64,000 bases of DNA from Takakia lepidozioides (taxonomy: Eukaryota > Plantae > Bryophyta), in the NCBI GenBank assembly GCA_030704615.1, contig CM060732.1, positions 20,336,001 through 20,400,000 on the forward strand. Direction: 5' to 3'. Numbering within the stretch: the first letter of the stretch is position 1; each line of letters opens with the position of its first letter. The position numbers and the translations under genes are program-made. A model generated the notes under the pieces. It saw only the letters and a program-made list of their open reading frames with translations, searched no databases and was not told the origin of the DNA. Positions 51,301 through 64,000 of this stretch are shown one piece after another.

Positions 51301-52069
51301 TGAATGTGTTTTTGTGCTTATCTGAACCAACCTAATATTCTGAACTCGCGTCTATAGTTTGGGAAAACTCTATTTAACTGTTACAAAAAAATTGCAGTCC
51401 TCCGAGGTTGTAAAAGTCTGAAGTTACTGGTGACTGTCATTGGGTGTGTTATTTGTTGGAAAGTTCTATTTGCTTTGCTAATTCAGCACTGAGGGTGTTA
51501 TCGTATGTCTCTGATCTCCAGACAAGGGCAAAGGCTAAAACTGTGAAGCCGTGGGTTTTGTGCTATCAGGACTCAACTTTGCAGCATTACACTGGGTACC
51601 AACCATCAGATCTGAAGGATTGTGTGAAGGCAATTTATGACTTACAATGCAATACCAAAAGTTGCACACTTCCTGCCATCCGGGAGAAATATAGGCAGCA
51701 CAAGGTAATATCTTCGGCATACAATGACAGTGCGTTGTCTTTGATATGCTGCCTAGATAGTGCATTCTGTACTAGAAAATAGAAGTTTGTGAGTATGAAG
51801 AATCGTCGGCTCTACCTTTAACAGCAATCTGACAACTTTAACAGCATTGCCAGCTACGTTAGCAATTTTCACCGTTCATCGTTCACCCCGTACTTTCTGT
51901 CGCAAACTGAAGCTTGCACTCCCATTCTAATCAGATAAATGGAAGTGACTACTTTGGCATACTTCTCACTGATTTCCAACTTGCTTCTGGAATTTTGCAG
52001 TTTAAATGTGTATCATCCTTGGCACCCCCAGCGCTCCTACCTCTGGAGTATTTTCATGACCTTGAGTAG
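48339..52069 (+). CDS. CYCA: A-type cyclin, 10 exons
   Basis: D-box RAALANLSN, DPQMCSMYATDIY, cyclin box MRGILVDWLVEVAEEYKLVPDTLYL, KYEEICAP, LEFLGNYLAEL, AIREKYRQHKFKCVS. Approximate exons 48339-48846, 49108-49273, 49455-49547, 49730-49863, 50001-50076, 50347-50422, 50525-50558, 51096-51245, 51570-51703, 52001-52069, all GT-AG. Confidence 0.96.
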
Positions 52070-53097
52070 CCACCTCTCTCAAGCTTCATCTTAGATAACT
52101 GTTGTGGATACAGACAGGGTGGTTTAGGAGGGGAAAAAATTAGTATGCCAACGTCTAGACTGCTAAACGTAGAGACGTAGAGACCGAGTGAAGTAATCCA
52201 TCACTGGTGGATATTGTGGGGAGCTTCTGTTTAGGTTGTCAGGTCACCTTTCATCTAGATAGGTCATTCAATCCCTGGCTTTGGAGATACCAAAACTGGC
52301 TGTCATATGAAACGATTCTTGTGCGCTTTGAATTTTATGTCACTCTCACTGTACAATATTTACTGCAGAAACCAAAAACAGTGAGAGGGAAAAAGTGCTT
52401 TTGGCCCTTACGTTGATTTCACTCGGTGGGCACCTCATCTGATCATTCGTTTCGTGCCTAAGTACTTACATTTGACGTTCTCATAAATTCAACTCAGAAG
52501 ATGTACAAAAAGGTATTTCTCAGCGTGCCTTTTATGTTGAATTTATGTGCCTCTAGAAAGGAGCCTGTACGCATGGGTTTGCCTATCTGGAGCAACCTTT
52601 CTCTTACAGGTTTGAATACCATGTCCATGATTCATAGTTCACAGGCCCTGTTATGGAAAGAATTTGGGATTGCTTCTTACCCTCAAACCCACGTTGTCAA
52701 AATGTTTAATGAGCGCGGGGGTCAAGAACACAACAGAGTGCATATGAGGATCACGTACGGAAGCCTTCGAGATTAAAGATCTCTCTCCCCCTCAAAGACC
52801 TCAAAGATCTCCCTCCCACTTATGGTTAATGCGAACTCTAGACCTGCGTGGGCCGGGCCAACAAAAGTAGGACAATAGCAGCACTTGCCAAAGTAGACTT
52901 GCAAACGTGTCTATTTTGAGATTGCCGCTGAGCCGAGCTAGCAACTATACTATAAGAGGCTCGGGTGAAGCACAGAGCTCTAGGGTTCATCTCTCTCTCT
53001 AGCTTGTGCTGCTTCTAGGAGAGTCTCTACACTATTAAGTACTCTTAAATGTTATCACAAACTTTTCTACAGTCCTGATCCACCGACCGTGGTCGAC

Positions 53098-54262
53098 ATG
53101 GTGATTGACAAGGAGCTGTGGAGTAGGCTACCGTCCGACTTAGTTACCTTGTAGAGATCTCTTCCGCTTACTGGTGGTGTGCAAGCGATGGCGATCCCTG
53201 CCTGCATCTCCGGGTTTTATGCATCTTTGCAATCAAGTCGGTCTCGATCAAATATTGGGCCATTCTTCCTCTTTTGCTTGGCTGATAATAGCATACTAGA
53301 TATTGTGATGAAGTTTGGGGATCCTTCAAGGGGCGTGTTGCACAAGATGGACCTGTCGTTCTTACACCTGATTTGTTTCATTGTGACTCAACAAAAACTA
53401 GAAAAGTTGGTTCATACCATCGATCATCTTGCCATATCAATTCTGTAGATGGAGGTCTCTTTTCCATCGAATCAGCTTGTTTCTGTGGGGATTATCACTT
53501 CATCGTGTTCAACCCAATCTTGAAGTTTTGCAGACGACTGCCTCAAGTGCCTACAATTTACCGAGAAAGGCAGTTCTACTATTTGCAACATTCAGACACA
53601 TTGGTGGTGGATAGGGGTACCGGTGGGTACAAGCTTATTCTAGTTTTTGCGCTTACCCAGAGAGATGGAGTATTTAAGACTTTGGTCTACGACTCTATCT
53701 CCAACTTGTGGAATGATACGGGAACATTCCTGAACCTCAGAGGCTGGCTGGGGGATTAACTCGATATAAGGAGTTAGCCAAATGCGGCAACGTGATGTAC
53801 GCATTGACCTATGTTTCTCACTGTGTTCAGGATGCATCCTCTTGTGAATTCTTTGCTTATGACATACTTGGCACTGGCGTATGGGCGGAGGTTCAGACAC
53901 AGATCCCCAATGACTTACGCAAACTTGTAGTCGGGGCCGCTTATTGCTAGCTGGGGTTGACACCAGCGGTACTCCATGTTTATGGCAGTTCGATATCTCC
54001 TCTCGACAATGGAGGCAGTTGCCAAAGATTCATGATCAACTATTGCACGATTTTCTTGCAATTGATCGTGAATTTGGGAAGCGGCCGTGGTGGCAGTGGC
54101 GTGCAGAAGGGTGTGGCGATCACGTGTTTTTTGCACGCGCTGGTATTTGACATTCTACAAGAATCATGGATGCTTGTTGACAACCTCTACTCACATCCCT
54201 TTATTGAGACCGGGAAGGTTCTTCCGATGTCGGGAAAGTTTTGTAAAAGAATAAATGTGTAA
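53098..54262 (+). pseudogene. Intronless F-box / beta-propeller gene, disrupted
   Basis: MVIDKELWSRLPSDLV* ... FRLLVVCKRW ... SVDGGLF..FIVFNPILKFCRRLP..YKLILV..VYDSISNLW, with several stops and frameshifts. Confidence 0.8.
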
Positions 54263-54732
54263 GCTTTGAATGATCATCATGTCTAGATCTAGATTTCCAT
54301 GTCCAGATCACATTGAGTTTTATCACTCTTGGTTACCTTTAGAGACATGTGGAAGACATGCGGGGGAATAAAGGCATGGTCAACTCGTTGTGGGCGATGG
54401 AGGAGGGATTTGCAAGTCCAATTTCCAGGGTCAGTCGTGTATCAGATTTTGCTTTTAGTGCGAGAGTACATTCCATGGATGACTGAGGCCTCTCCTCCAC
54501 TCGTCGGTGGTGCTATTTGCCGTGGGAAGATAATAGGAATAATGTAAGAACTTAATTCGAGCGCGTCAGGACGGTCCAGCCCTGACACCCCGTACCGCCG
54601 GTTCTCCGCCTCCGGCAGCCATCGAAAGGCAGCCGGCTGGGCTCGGTCAATCCCTCCTCACCCCCAGCTCTCATCCCATTAGCGTCGTCGTTCTGCGACA
54701 CCAGTCCCCCGCTTCCACCAGTCTGCTAGTTC

Positions 54733-56352
54733 CTGTAACCCCCTGCACGTCAGCCCCCTTAACCCCCGCCCCGGGTGTAACCCTCACACCCATGTAACCC
54801 GCTGTAACTCCGCCGAGTGTAACCCTCACCACCATGTAACCCTATGTAGAATGTCACCGCAAAGTGTCCCCCTCACCCCTATGTAGCCCTATGTAACCCT
54901 CTGTAACCCATGTAACCCTCTGTAATCCACGTAACCCATATAACCCGCTATAACCCACGTAACCCTCTGTGACCCTCTGTAACCTTCTGTGACCCTCTGT
55001 AACCTTCTGTGACCCCTCTGTAACCCATGTAACCCATATAACCTCCTGTAACCCTCTGTAACCCATGTAACCCTCCGTAAACCTCTGTAGCCCTCTGTAA
55101 CCCTCTGTAACCCTTTGTAACCCCTGTAACCCTTTGTAACCCATGTAACCCTTTGTGACCCTCTATAACCCATGTAACCCTCTGTAACCCTTTGTAACCC
55201 CTGTAACCCTTTGTAACCCATGTAACCCTTTGTGACCCTCTATAACCCATGTAACCCTCTGTAACCCGTGTATCCCTCTGTAACACCGCTGAGTGTCACC
55301 CTCATCCCTATGTAACCCTCTGTAACCCATGTAACCCTTTTTAACCCTCCGTAACCCATGTAACCCTTTTTAACCCTCCGTAACCCATGTAACCCATGTA
55401 ACCTCCTGTAACCCTCTGTAATCCATGTAACCCTTTGTAACACCGCAGAGTGTCACCCCTACCCGTTTGTAACCCTCACTCCATGTAACCCTCTGTAACC
55501 CTTTGTAACCCAAGTAACCCTCTATGACCCTCTGTAACCCAGGTAACCCCATGACCCTCTGTAACCCTCACCACCATGTAACCCTCTGTAGCCCGTGTAT
55601 TCCTCTGTAACACCGCTGAGTGTCACCCTCACCCCTATGTAACCCTCTGTAACCCATGTAACCCATGTAATCCTCTTTAACCCTCCGTAACCCATGTAAC
55701 CCATATAACCTTCTGTAACCCATATAACCTTCTGTAACCCATGTAACCCTTTGTAACACCGCAGAGTGTCACCCCCACCCCTATGTAACCCTCATTCCAT
55801 GTAACCCTCTGTGACCCTCTGTAACCCATGTAACCCTCCGTGGCCCTCTGTAACCCATGTAACCCTCTGTAACACTCACCAGGTGTAACCCTCACCACCA
55901 TGTAACCCTCTATAACCCATGTAACCCTCTGTAACACCGCAGAGTGTAACCCCCACCCCTATGTAACCCTCATTCCCTGTAACCCTCTGTAACACTTTAC
56001 AACCCATGTAACCCTCTATGACCCTCTGTAACCCTCACCAGGTGTAACCCTCACCACCATGTAACCCTATGTAACCCGTGTATCCCTCTGTAACACCGCT
56101 GAGTGTCACCCTCACCCCTATGTAACCCGCACTCCATGTAACCCTCTGTAACCCTCTGTAACCCATGTAACCCTCTGTGATCCTCTGTAACCCATGTAAC
56201 CCTCTGTTACTCCGCGGGGTGTAACCCTCACTCCATGTTATCCCGCATCATGTAACCCTCCCATTATGTGATCCCATGTAATCTCCACCATATGTAACCC
56301 GCATCGTGTAACCCCAATGCAAGCTTGTATCATGTAATCCCACGTAACCCCC
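54733..56352. repeat. 1.6-kb minisatellite of TGTAACCC(A/TC) 9-11-mers
   Basis: Well over 100 tgtaaccc variants, essentially all in one orientation. Confidence 0.95.
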
Positions 56353-56368
56353 TACTCCATATAATCAG

Positions 56369-59288
56369 ACGGGCTTTTCAATCACACAAACCTCCGTTGG
56401 ATACGCCAGGTTTCCCAGGGAAAAGGGAAGCGGATATCCATCGCAGTAGTTGTCGTTCCATGGTCTCGCATTCCTGATTTTTTGGAGGGAGAAAGGAGTA
56501 GAGTGGATGGGAAGACCCAATTTTATGTTCAAGATCGAAGGTATCGTGAGTTGCTTGATCTAACGACACCGCGTGCAGACAGTTATCGTCAGTGACATAA
56601 GTAAGTCACTTACGAGGGTTGTATAACATTCCCAGCCCCACTTCCTTCTGCTGGCCTAGCAAAGTCGTATATGGCGATAACCCTCCTTGCTTTGTATGCT
56701 TTCTTTGCAGGTACCACTGCTGCTACGGCCCGGTAGATAGGCACACGGACCCGCCGAATGTGAAGAAGAAAGAAAAACCGATAGCAGCCTCCGATAATCA
56801 AAAACCAGTCAAGCGAATCAGACGTAAGGCAGCGGATTTTGGAGAGTCATACAAACGTGGGTGTACGTGTAGCTTCAAAGTTGACCAGTGTTTTCTAGAT
56901 CCAAAGTTGGCAATCATCACATACTTCCAGAAACAACATGTGGATGCAAAAGGAAAGCCATGTCATGGTTCAGCTGAACCCTCTTCCCATTTCACGCGAT
57001 TCGTGCATGCCCCTCGTCTCAGCCAAGATATGAAACAGTGGATCGTCGATAGTCTTCGCAGTGGCCTATCTCCAGCTATGATTATGACACAACACACTCA
57101 ACAGCTCCAGGAAGCTTGTGCGTCTCAGCCAGGCATGGAGTGGAGTCGCGATTGTTTCTTGTTTGAGTACGACGTGAGAAACATTGCCGACAAGCTTGCG
57201 ATTGAGAGTTACAAAAAACATCCAGATGATGCACAAAGTGTACGTATGTGGGTCGATAGCAATCCTAAAAGCGTCTTTTTCTACCATGAAGAGACAGCGC
57301 CAGTGGCGGGTGATTTGAAGTTCGTGATTGGAATACAAACGAAGTGGCAAAAACAGAAAATGATCGACCTGGGATTCTGAAATATGAGTGTCATGCAACT
57401 GTTGCCAATATTACAACACTCACCTTATTTATTTTTGTACCATTGCGACATTGCAGTTCCCAATGTATACCATGATGGTGTTCGACGAATGGCTCAACGG
57501 CATACCTGTTGCTTATATTATATCAGCGAGAAACAAAACAACTGACTTGAGCCCCTGGATGAAACGTCTTCGCGACCGACTTCTTCAGAGCAAATCAGAT
57601 TGGAGGCCAAATGTTTGTTGTCGACGATGCAGACGCAGAAATCAATGCTATCAGGTACACGGCTAGAAGTTACAATGTTCTGAGTCACACAGTAATTTAC
57701 ACTACGAGTTGCATGCATGAGGGGTTTCATGGATCGGGTTATACTGCTGCTAGTTACACTGAGAATCACAATAAGAGTTACACTGCCAGTTACACGAGGG
57801 GGTGCACTGCTGTGAGTTAGACCGAGGGTTACACTGCTATGAGGTAGACAGAGGGTTACACTGGGAGTTACACGGTGTGTCATCTACAGTCTTGCATGGA
57901 TTAGGTTGCACTGCTATAGCCTGTGAGTTACATTGGGAACATTGCAGAGGGTTATATGGGTTGGGTCGCTCTGAGAGTTATACGGTGTAACATGGATTGC
58001 GTTACAGCGCTGCGAGGGGTTATATGCGTTGGGTTACACTGCTGTGAGTTTCACTGATAGTTACATGGCCAGATGCACGAGGGGTTACATGAGTCATACT
58101 ACTAAGAGTCGCACTACTAAGAGTGACACTGCTAAGAGTTACACTGCTAAGAGTTACACTGCAAGGAGTTACACTGCGAAGAGTTACACTGATAAGAGTT
58201 ATATTGATGGATTGGGTGGCATTTGATGTGTGTGTGTGCAGGGAATCATTTGGGGATGTAGCGATATTTCTATGCCTTTGGCATGTTCGTCGTGCTTGGC
58301 TGAAACATTCGTGGCGTAAGATGCCCGATCCATACACTCGCAATGCTGTTTTGAAACAACTTGGCGACGTAATGTACGGCATTAACGCCTGTGTGGGAGT
58401 CACCCCAGAAGAGTGGGCAGTGGACTCGTAATATTCCCCATGCAGGTCAGGATACTAATGCCGCAATTGAATCTTGGCACGGAAATTTGAAGGCTCGTTT
58501 ACGCTCGGGAAAGCAAAGGCTTGATGGCAGGAGAATTGATTGGCTGATCAGCGAACTCGTGGGTCCTGTTCTAACCCACTATTGGTATAGAGATAACTTG
58601 AAATCGAAAGGCTTCAAAAGGAATGTACGACAGGAGGAATTTATCAGCAATGTTGTTTGGACTGCGAGGGAGATCCCTGACGTCAATGTTCATTTGCCCA
58701 CTGTTCCTAGTCATCTGGCAATTGTGGATAGTATTCAAACGCCCGGTCGAAGCTACACAATCTATGCACCTGCAACCACCTGGGCTTGTTGCGATTGTCC
58801 ATGGGCTTTGAAGGGTAACTTGTGCAAACATCAAATCCGCGTTCTTCAATTGATGAAGCCAAATCTGAAGGAAGGGCTTATTGTGAAGCTCTGTGGCACA
58901 AAGCTCGGGACCATTCATGGAAGTCTTGACATGTTGATGAAATCGGAACTTCCAGATATTGATGCAGAGGAGGAAGTTGTGAATCTAGCAGAGCCTACGG
59001 AGTGCTCAGCATCATCCCAGCGTGGTCGGCAGGAGCCGTCAGATGTTTCATCAATTGAATATGAGATGAAGTCCCTGTCGCTTCTTGGCAATGAGAGTGA
59101 AACAATGCGCAAACATCTGCTTGCCGAGCTTCATTGTGTTTGTGGGAGGCTGTCCACTTTACAAGTCAGAATCGACAAAGGTCTGTTGCACCCTCTTTAG
59201 GCAGTTCCATTCATAACAAATGATGATGGAAACAACATGTCCCTTGCCAGAAAAATGGATTTTGTAGACCGGTTCCATAGTACGTGAC
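56369..59288 (+). pseudogene. MULE/SWIM transposase, spliced, degraded
   Basis: VPWSRIPDFLEGE; YHCCYGP; KRGCTCSF...HVDAKGKPCHG; FVIGIQTKWQ; FPMYTMMVFDEWLNGIPVAYII; FVVDDADAEINAI; LCLWHVRRAW; DTNAAIESWH; SWIM CDCPWALKGNLCKH. The first catalytic-Asp segment appears deleted; frameshifts at ~57610 and ~58425. Confidence 0.88.
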
Positions 59289-60708
59289 CATTGAGTCCAT
59301 TGGCAATGACACTTATTTTGTGATCACCAGGTTTAATATGAAGTACATGTCTGTTCATGGGTTGCCGACACAACGCAGGGTTACACCATCTGGGGTTTCA
59401 TAACGTAACATAGCTCTACTTAGTGTAACTCGCATCTGTGGTACTCCACACAGTGTAACAGAGACGAGTGTAACCCTCTGCAGTGTAACTCATTGTGGTG
59501 TAACTCCAAGTGTAACTACAATGTAACTATCAACAGTGTAACCCAGTATGTAACCCCATAGAATATTGCTGTCAGTGGTGTAAATCTGAGAATTATAAGT
59601 CGATGACTACAGTGTGACTACAGGGTCTGGGTTAGTCTGTCAGGGTTACATGACCCTTCAATACAGAGTGGGAAGACGCTGAAGTCGAGCACCTTTAGTC
59701 GCCAACACCAACCCCTGTATGTGTAACCCCTCTATGTGTAACCCACCCTGCATGTGTAACCCATATATGTGTAACCCCTCTATGTGTAACCAATTTAGGT
59801 GTAACCCACCCTGTATGTGTAACCCCTCTATGTGTAACCCAATTAATGTGTAACCCACCCTGTATATGTAACCCATGGACGTGTAATCCATGAGATAGAT
59901 AATCATTCCATTCAACCTATATTATGGACCAGTGTAGCCCTCCGGAGTGTAACTTGTTGTTGTGTAACCCCAAGAAGTATGTATCCCGACCACATGTAAC
60001 CCCCACTGTTGTCACCCATCGCATGTAACCCATTGTACAATTTGGGGTGCATGCTGTAAACCCCGATGCTACATCACCCCATCTTATGTATCCCCACGAC
60101 ACGTAGCCCTTGTATAGGCAACCCTGCCCATTGTCACTGTGCACAGTGTAACTCAGAACTGTGTAACCCTCTTGAGTGAGTGTAACCCAGAGTGTTGTAA
60201 CTCCAAGAAGTATGTAGCCCGACCAGATGTTACCCCCACTATTGTGACCCCATCGTATGTAACCCATTGTACATAGCCCTCATGTATGTAACCCCCTGTA
60301 GTATAACTCTGAGAACTTCAGTGCACAAAAACTTCAGTGCGAAAAAACAAAAAAAAAACAAAAAAACAAGTGGTGCTCTGAAGTGGCTGAAGTGCGCATA
60401 GGGTGACTCGAGGTGACATAGCCAGGAAGGCCCAACCATGTAACCCTGAGAGGCCCATTGCATGTAACCCATAAGTGTAACCCCACGTTGTGAGACCCGG
60501 CACGGTGTAACCCATCACTTACGTGTGAACCCACAGAGTGTAAGCCCATTGCCCCAGGGCCCCAAGGTGTACCCAAGTACTTGTCTATGACTCCACTTCA
60601 TGTAACCCAATAAGGTGTAACCCCATGTAAGCCCATTGCATGAAACCCAAACTGTGAAGTGTTACGAACAAACCACATAGAAGCAAAAAATGCATCAAGA
60701 GACGCTAT

Positions 60709-63700
60709 TTATTTCTTTGGCCATTTGACCAAGTCTTTGTCCATCTCGTCACACAGCCAACTAATCATATGAGTACGGGAAGCTATCATGGTTGACTCGT
60801 CGAACCAACTTGCAGTAAACGCCCGCCTATGACGGGTTCGATCTTCTGTGGTTTTCACATTGAACTTCCACTCCAAGTAAAATTGCACAAACAAAGTGCA
60901 TAATAGCCGCACTCCCAACAGCTCCGTTGCTGGGGGACACTGGCCTCAAACCATTCCATCCTCTCCATGATGTAACTGAAGTCATCAGATCCAGGCATGC
61001 AATCAAAGAACGCTATGGCAAAATTTCACAAAATTCCTTCAATGAGTTTGGGTCGGGCAATGGTTTTATGGGAGTCCAAATGTACTATCCGACCTCGGCG
61101 CTCTAAAACAACAACACTCCAGTGATAAGCCGTAACGACAGAATAGAAAAAAAAACTCTCCAATGAAACCCATTGTGGTGTAACCCAGTAGTGTAACCCA
61201 CCTCATGTGTAACCCAGTAGTGTAACCATTTGTACTGTAACTCTAAACGGTATAACACAACTAGTCAGCAGTGCAACTCCAAAGTAGTGCAACTCAATGT
61301 AGAACAGAGGAGTGTAACCCAACATGATCAGTCAACGCTCAAATTACTTACTCGAAGACAATAGGGATGACAACCACGTCCACAAGATCTTGATTCTTTA
61401 TGAACACCATCCCTCGGGCATCCTGAGTGTACCATTCTTGCACCAACCCGAATAGCGTCTGCAGATCATTACCATTGGTACGCATGACATGCCACTGGAA
61501 AGGAGCACAGATGACAAACTCAGGTGCGATAGCCTTAAACAATTTGGCCTCCAGAAGTTTGTTGTAACCCGAGAGCAATGCATCTATGACAGTTGCTCTT
61601 ATTTTATACATCGGCTCAAAATCTGTCTCTTCCAAGTAAAACTGTAACGGGGTAGAAGCCAGGAAGGCATCGCCATAATAAAACTTCACTTCAGGTGCCC
61701 CAGGAGGGTCCGACACCATTCTGAATTTCGTCAAGTACCGTTGTTTTAGTCTGCACAACAAACCGCACATTACGAACAGTACGATGCATCATACAAGAGT
61801 TATGATCAATATTCGCAATCAGAGAGGATCAAAGTACAATGAGGTACCTCGAATGCTCCCGCAAGTGCTTGGCAAGGACCTCTTGCTGCTGGACAACGTC
61901 AACCTCGGAGACCCCTGCACTTTTGCCTTTCGATTTGGTTCGCTGTTTTTTGGGTGCGACAAGAACATGTACTTCTTTGTCAGTGCTAGGGGGTTCAGCC
62001 AACCGCTTTCTTTAAGCAGGCGGCCGTTTTGACCTCCTGGGATTCTTTGCAACCCCAGGGTTGACAATGCCGCCGGTAGGGGAAATTTCTGGGCTAGAGG
62101 TGCCTTGTTCTGAGTTTGCTGCAAGTGCTGAAGACTGCACTCCCTCGTCTGAGATGTGCTGGGGAGGTGACTGACCAAGGGCAGAAGTGTCACAGCTCAC
62201 CTCTTCGGTACTGCCCCTGTCAGTGTCACCCTTCTGTTCATACCCCTTGTCAGAGTCACGCTTCTCACTGTCACCCTTCTCTTTGGCTACCTCCTCAGTG
62301 TCACGCTTCTTAGTGTCACCATTCTCTTCGGCTACCTTCTCAGTGTCACCCTTCTCTTTGGCTACCTCCTCAGTGTCACGCTTCTCAATGTCACCCTTCT
62401 CTTCGGCTACCTTCTCAGTGTCACTCTTCTCAGTGTCACCCTTCTCTTTGGCCGCCTTATCAGTGTCACTCTTCGCAGTGTCACCCTTCTCATCGGGTTC
62501 CTTCCCAGTGTCACCCTGCTGATTAATAATCTTATGTGTGTCACCCTTGGCAGTGTCACTCTTCTCAGTGTCACGATGCTCCGCAACATCCTTGTCTTCG
62601 TGACTCTCCAGAGTGAAACGTTTCTCAGTGTGACGGTGCTCTGTGTCACCCTTCCAACTGACAACCTCCTCGGTGACACCCTTCCCCGTGTCACCCATGT
62701 CGATGTCACTCTTTTTTGCATCAACCTCCTCAATGCCATCCTTGACTGTGTCGCCCTTCCCCGCACTATCACCCTCCAAGACCATGTTGACTAGCGGAAG
62801 AACGTCATCCATGGTGACTAGTGGCCGTGGCAAAGGAGTGTCACCCTCCACGACTAGTGGCAGTGGAGTGTCATCCATGGCAGTGTTACACTCACGGACA
62901 TTTGCCATGTGGGTTGGCTGTGGGGTGTCACCCCTACCAGTGTAACCCATGTCAATGTCACTCTCAACGGAAGTTGCAGTGTTCACGGGCAATGGTGTGT
63001 CATCCACGGCAATGTCCCTCACGGCGGCAGTGTCAGCCACACTGGTATCTGCAGTGTCACCTTGAGGTGCAGTGTAACCCTCTTTCCCTGTTGCTCCTCT
63101 CTGCGCAGTGTCACCCTCAGGGGCAGTGTAACCCTCGGTTTCAGGGCCTCCTCCCCTTGCAGTGTCGACCTCCGCATCAATGTGACCCACGAAGGCTCGG
63201 TGACTATCTGCTCAATCCCCCGGACAATGTCACCCTCAATACTGACCACCTCCTCCAATGTGACATGTTGTGGCGCGAAATGACTTGGATCTTTGGTCTG
63301 CATTATTTGAACAGTGTCCTTCTGAGAGAGGTTGACCACATGATCCTCACAAATACTTACATTGCTGCATGGAGGGTTCAACCCAGCATCTCCAGATTCA
63401 AAGTCATACACAGACTCTGGGTCAAGCGGGTCCCCGGTTCTTCGATTAAGACCTCCAAAAGAAATGACTGGGGCTGCGGACAAAGAGGTTCGTACTTGGG
63501 TGTTCCACCTTGATGTATCATCTTTAGTATCAGTATCAGAATTCACGGGCAAATCCTGCGTCAAGTCTGCTAGGTTCACCCCTAAGTGCAGCTGGGTTGA
63601 GTATAATTCACCAACCTGCGACAAAGATACAACGGCAGATTGACTTGGAATGATGTCCTCGTCATGTACATCGTCGCTTTGCGGGGCGGAAATTGAATGA

Positions 63701-63933
63701 AGACAAGGTTCAACCATCTCCTCATCCTGTAACACAGAGGGCCCATCACTCGTCTGTGCGCCCCCTGTATCGCATTGTGGAGGGGCCCCATACACAACTT
63801 CGTGAAGCTCACGTTGAGCCTCAAAAAGGTTTTTGAACGCATTGGCGACTTGATTGGTCATGAGCTCGGACTCATCTGCATCGGGGAAAAGACAAAGGTT
63901 TTTAGTTGTGGAACGAGGTTTTTGAAAGTGCAA
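60709..63933 (-). pseudogene. Ulp1/C48 SUMO-protease-like gene with long acidic GDT-repeat N-terminal region; 5' end outside the window
   Basis: VDVVVIPIVF | YHWSVVVL..GRIVHLDSH ... VPQQRSCWECGYY (His, Asp, Gln, Cys in C48 order). Premature stops at ~62013 and ~61027; frameshifts near 63100-63190 and ~60895. Confidence 0.85.
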
Positions 63934-64000
63934 GGGTTACACTGACTAGGACAAGACAGTGGTTCGGATCGATGTGGGTTACACCACCCTGTTAGAGACA

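Larger units (their letters stand above)
54560..64000. mobile_element. Third MULE: SWIM transposase (+) convergent with a Ulp1-protease gene (-); TGTAACCC/GTGTCACCC motif throughout; continues beyond the window
   Basis: Transposase and Ulp1 motifs (see next features), and the shared motif in subterminal, intronic, intergenic and coding DNA. Left boundary approximate. Confidence 0.8.

Noticed and set aside
54733-56352. Telomere-like array
   Set aside because: The unit TGTAACCC is not the plant TTTAGGG repeat, is degenerate and internal, and recurs throughout the MULE; the ORFs on it (54854-55937) are artefacts.

Overview
Eukaryotic (land-plant-type, probably non-seed-plant) genomic DNA with spliceosomal introns, and roughly two-thirds of it is large DNA transposons. 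Main result: a 14.3-kb Mutator-like element (5041-19308) with short TIRs and a perfect 9-bp target-site duplication (GGAGCTATA). It has two divergent spliced genes. One is an apparently intact DDE transposase with a GCM-like zinc domain and a SWIM finger. The other is a protein with a ParB/Srx-like motif (VWDGNHR) and a beta-class N6/N4 DNA-methyltransferase-like domain (one frameshift in this copy). The element is studded with about 50 copies of a palindrome, ATGGAAATTCGGCGCCGAATTTCCAT, and has a ~460-bp palindrome between the two genes. It is inserted in an older degenerate element (~2750-27810) that also encodes ParB-like and MTase-like segments plus an FCP1/NIF-like domain, and has its own palindrome (ACGGGAGA(C/T)CTCCCGT). 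A second, rearranged copy of the 14-kb element lies at 34616-~43470. A third MULE (from ~54560 to the window end) carries a SWIM transposase, a Ulp1 protease and a TGTAACCC motif. Host genes: an intact 10-exon A-type cyclin, a TPM-domain thylakoid protein, and pseudogene fragments of F-box/LRR, PLS-PPR and F-box genes. All calls are by eye from motifs; no database search was run.
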